Assembly: GCA_904063045.1 (NCBI GenBank)
Contig: CAJFCJ010000012.1
Span: 186,001 to 250,000, forward strand
Direction of reading: 5' to 3'
Source: Dimorphilus gyrociliatus
Taxonomy: Eukaryota > Animalia > Annelida
DNA: 64,000 nucleotides
In this document: positions 61,653-64,000 of the stretch, in pieces
How the letters are laid out: each line of letters starts with the position of its first letter
How positions within the stretch are numbered: the first letter of the stretch is position 1
The notes under the pieces: model-generated
The model's database searches: none
Seen by the model: the letters and a program-made list of their open reading frames with translations, nothing else
Told to the model about the DNA's origin: nothing
Position numbers and translations under genes: made by a program

Positions 61653-63920
61653 ATGACTCCTTCAACAGTGGTAAATATGGCAAGAAACTCCGTTAGATTT
61701 TTTCGACATATTCCGAAATTGAATTACAACTTCAAGCCAATTAGCTCCATTTCATCGAGAAAGTATGTTATTGTATATATTTACTATGAATTATACTGTA
61801 TAAATCTTGGATTATTCATAAAGTTCATCTTCTTTATCTTTAATTCGACTTTATCGCAGTTTAAATACATTCAGCATAGTTTTGACATAACCGTTAATTT
61901 CTGTTACCATCTACAATTTCTTAAAACAATTATAACATAGATTGTCACAAAAGTTTCAGTACGGAAACTCAAAATGTTAAAACAGAACAACAGGAAGTTA
62001 GACGTCTAGAACCGTGCCAAGCAGATTCTATGTTAGATATGGGAACTAGACGTATTTACAGCGAAGAACACGATATATTCAGACGTCAAGTTAGAAGATT
62101 TATACAAGAAAATGTTATACCCTATCATGAAGAGTAAGCTATATTTTTAATATAAAAGTTGTTAAAGTATCTCTCTTTTAACATAATTTTAAATCGTAAA
62201 AGATGGGAAAAGCAGGGTCATATTAGCAGAGAAGTATGGGAAGAAGCTGGAAGACAAGGTACTCTTTCATTCTGAAAGTATAAGCTTATGCTCAATAGCT
62301 AACAACTAAGCATAGCTCAGTTGGGTGTGTATAACACTTTGTTTTTGTATAGAAAACAAGAAAAATACTCGGAAACATTTGTAAAAATAAAGTTGATTTA
62401 AATTATCAGATCAAGAAAAAGTTATATTTACAAGATTTTATGAACAAATTGACAAGAAAAATTAGAAATTAATATTTTTTATTTAAAAAAACAATCAGGT
62501 TTTCATGGAGTAAACATTCCAAGCGAGCATGGTGGCTGGGGAGGAGATTTTTTAGCCTCTGGTATTGTTATGGAAGAAGTGTTAGTTTCCTTATTGGAAT
62601 ATACTAATTAAATTACTAAAGAATTGATATTTTTCATTGCAGGGGTTTCGCCAATGTCAGCGGCTTATCTGGATTCACATTGCACAGTGACATTGTAATG
62701 CCTTATTTATCACGATATGGATCAAAAGAGCAAATTGATAAATATATGCCAAGTATGGTTGCGGGTACTTGCATTGGTGCTATTGCTATGACCGAACCAA
62801 CAGCTGGAAGGTATGATTCTATAATATAATCAAACACTATAAAGATGGTTAAATGTGTTTTGTTAAATCATTTTTAGTGATATTCAAGGAATTAAATCCA
62901 GGGCCGTTAAAGATGGAGATGGGTGGATATTAAATGGATCAAAAGTTTTTATAACAAATGGTTACATGTGTGATTTGTGTATTGTTGTTGCTGTTACAGA
63001 TACATCGGTAAGTATTCATATTTGATAAAGTGATAAAAACTAGAAGTTTCAAATAATATAGAGCAGCATTATATCTACAAATATAGTGTGCATCTTTACT
63101 ATCGGTAACTTGATATGTATACAATAATTTGCAATTATATTCTAGGCTAAAAATGCGTCAAGCGGTATCAGCTTATTTTTGGTTGATGCCTCAATGCCAG
63201 GTTTCACAAAAGGAAAACCTTTGAAAAAGGTTGGAACTCATGCTCAAGACACAGCCGAGTTGTTTTTTGAAGATGTAAAATTACCTGCCGATTCTCTTTT
63301 GGGTAAAGAAAACCACGGATTCTATTATTTGATGAATGTATGTTCTCTTTTGCTTTTTTTTTTAAAAATAAACCTTCAGTAATAAAGTAGTTTACTTTTA
63401 ACGCATTTTTTTTGTACAGGATTTACCAAGGGAACGTCTTATGATAATAATTTATGCTCAGGCACATGCTGAATTCATGTTCGAAGAGACAAGAAAGTAT
63501 GTGAAACAAAGAAAAGCTTTCGGAAAGAACTTGAGCAATTTATCAACAATTCAACATAAATTGGCAGAAATGAAATCGGAGATTGCAGTTGGTAGAGCAT
63601 TTACCGATAACTGCATCGAGCTGTATCATCATAATCAATTAGATTCTAGTACAGCGTCGATTGGAAAATATTGGTTAGCATAGCTAATTAATGCTAAATA
63701 AATTAGTTAATTAATACAAGCAAAATTTCATTATCTCAACAGGGTTAGCGAAATGCAAAACAGAATCGCCACGCAATGCTTGCAGTTACATGGAGGATGG
63801 GGTTATATGATGGAGTACCCGATTGCCAGGGCATTTGTTGATGCTAGAGTACAAACTATCTATGGTGGAGCAAACGAAATTATGAAAGAATTGATCTCAA
63901 GAAAAATCATCAAGAATTAA
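61653..63920 (+). CDS. ACADL: Long-chain acyl-CoA dehydrogenase, mitochondrial (tandem copy 2), 9 exons, 447 aa
   Basis: Exons 61653-61762, 61960-62133, 62203-62258, 62499-62580, 62643-62810, 62878-63007, 63146-63337, 63420-63673, 63743-63920 (1344 nt). Same motifs as copy 1; intact frame; one extra intron. Confidence 0.93.
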
Positions 63921-64000
63921 AAGCAAAAGAAAGCCGAGTTTTTTACTTAACTAACAATTTAACAATTTCGTGTTTAACAAGAAAGTTATTCAGTTAGATA

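Noticed and set aside
61941-61959. Upstream acceptor (aacatag|) for ACADL copy 2 exon 2, suggesting a pseudogene
   Set aside because: It is out of phase and hits a stop, but the tttcag acceptor at 61959 restores an intact frame, so the gene is not called a pseudogene.
62313-62324. TAGCTCAGTTGG, a tRNA A-box/D-arm-like string
   Set aside because: No B-box or cloverleaf downstream; intronic chance match.
1-64000. Prokaryotic defence system, CRISPR array, operon or intact transposase
   Set aside because: All real genes are spliced and eukaryotic. I saw no regularly spaced repeat-spacer array and no long transposase or RT ORF.

Overview
AT-rich eukaryotic (invertebrate animal, probably spiralian/lophotrochozoan; inference) genomic DNA with intron-rich genes. 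There are no prokaryotic-type systems, rRNA, tRNA or CRISPR arrays. I assembled nine protein-coding genes by hand from GT/AG sites with frame checks. (1) A 12-exon SPATA1 homolog (688-7959). (2) A 3-exon secreted precursor ending KR-ETIPFF-G-stop, a candidate new amidated neuropeptide (10004-10406). (3) A single-pass membrane protein with a Tyr-motif-rich tail (about 11544-12482). (4) A somatostatin/allatostatin-C-like class A GPCR with unusual pocket residues and two possible ECL2 splice forms (17818-28015). (5) A miniature (about 187 aa) AUTS2/FBRSL1/tay-family protein retaining only the conserved motifs (36098-42324). (6) An intronless secreted 8-Cys peptide with an acidic tail (minus strand, 44697-45065). 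(7) LARP4/4B with alternative N-termini, polyQ and uORFs (50280-56173). (8, 9) Two tandem ACADL paralogs differing by one intron (58783-61123, 61653-63920). Non-coding DNA carries microsatellites, GC-rich putative enhancer islands around the AUTS2-like gene, and many TATAC[A/T]GTATA motifs that match Tc1/mariner excision footprints. Family assignments rest on motif recall, not database searches.
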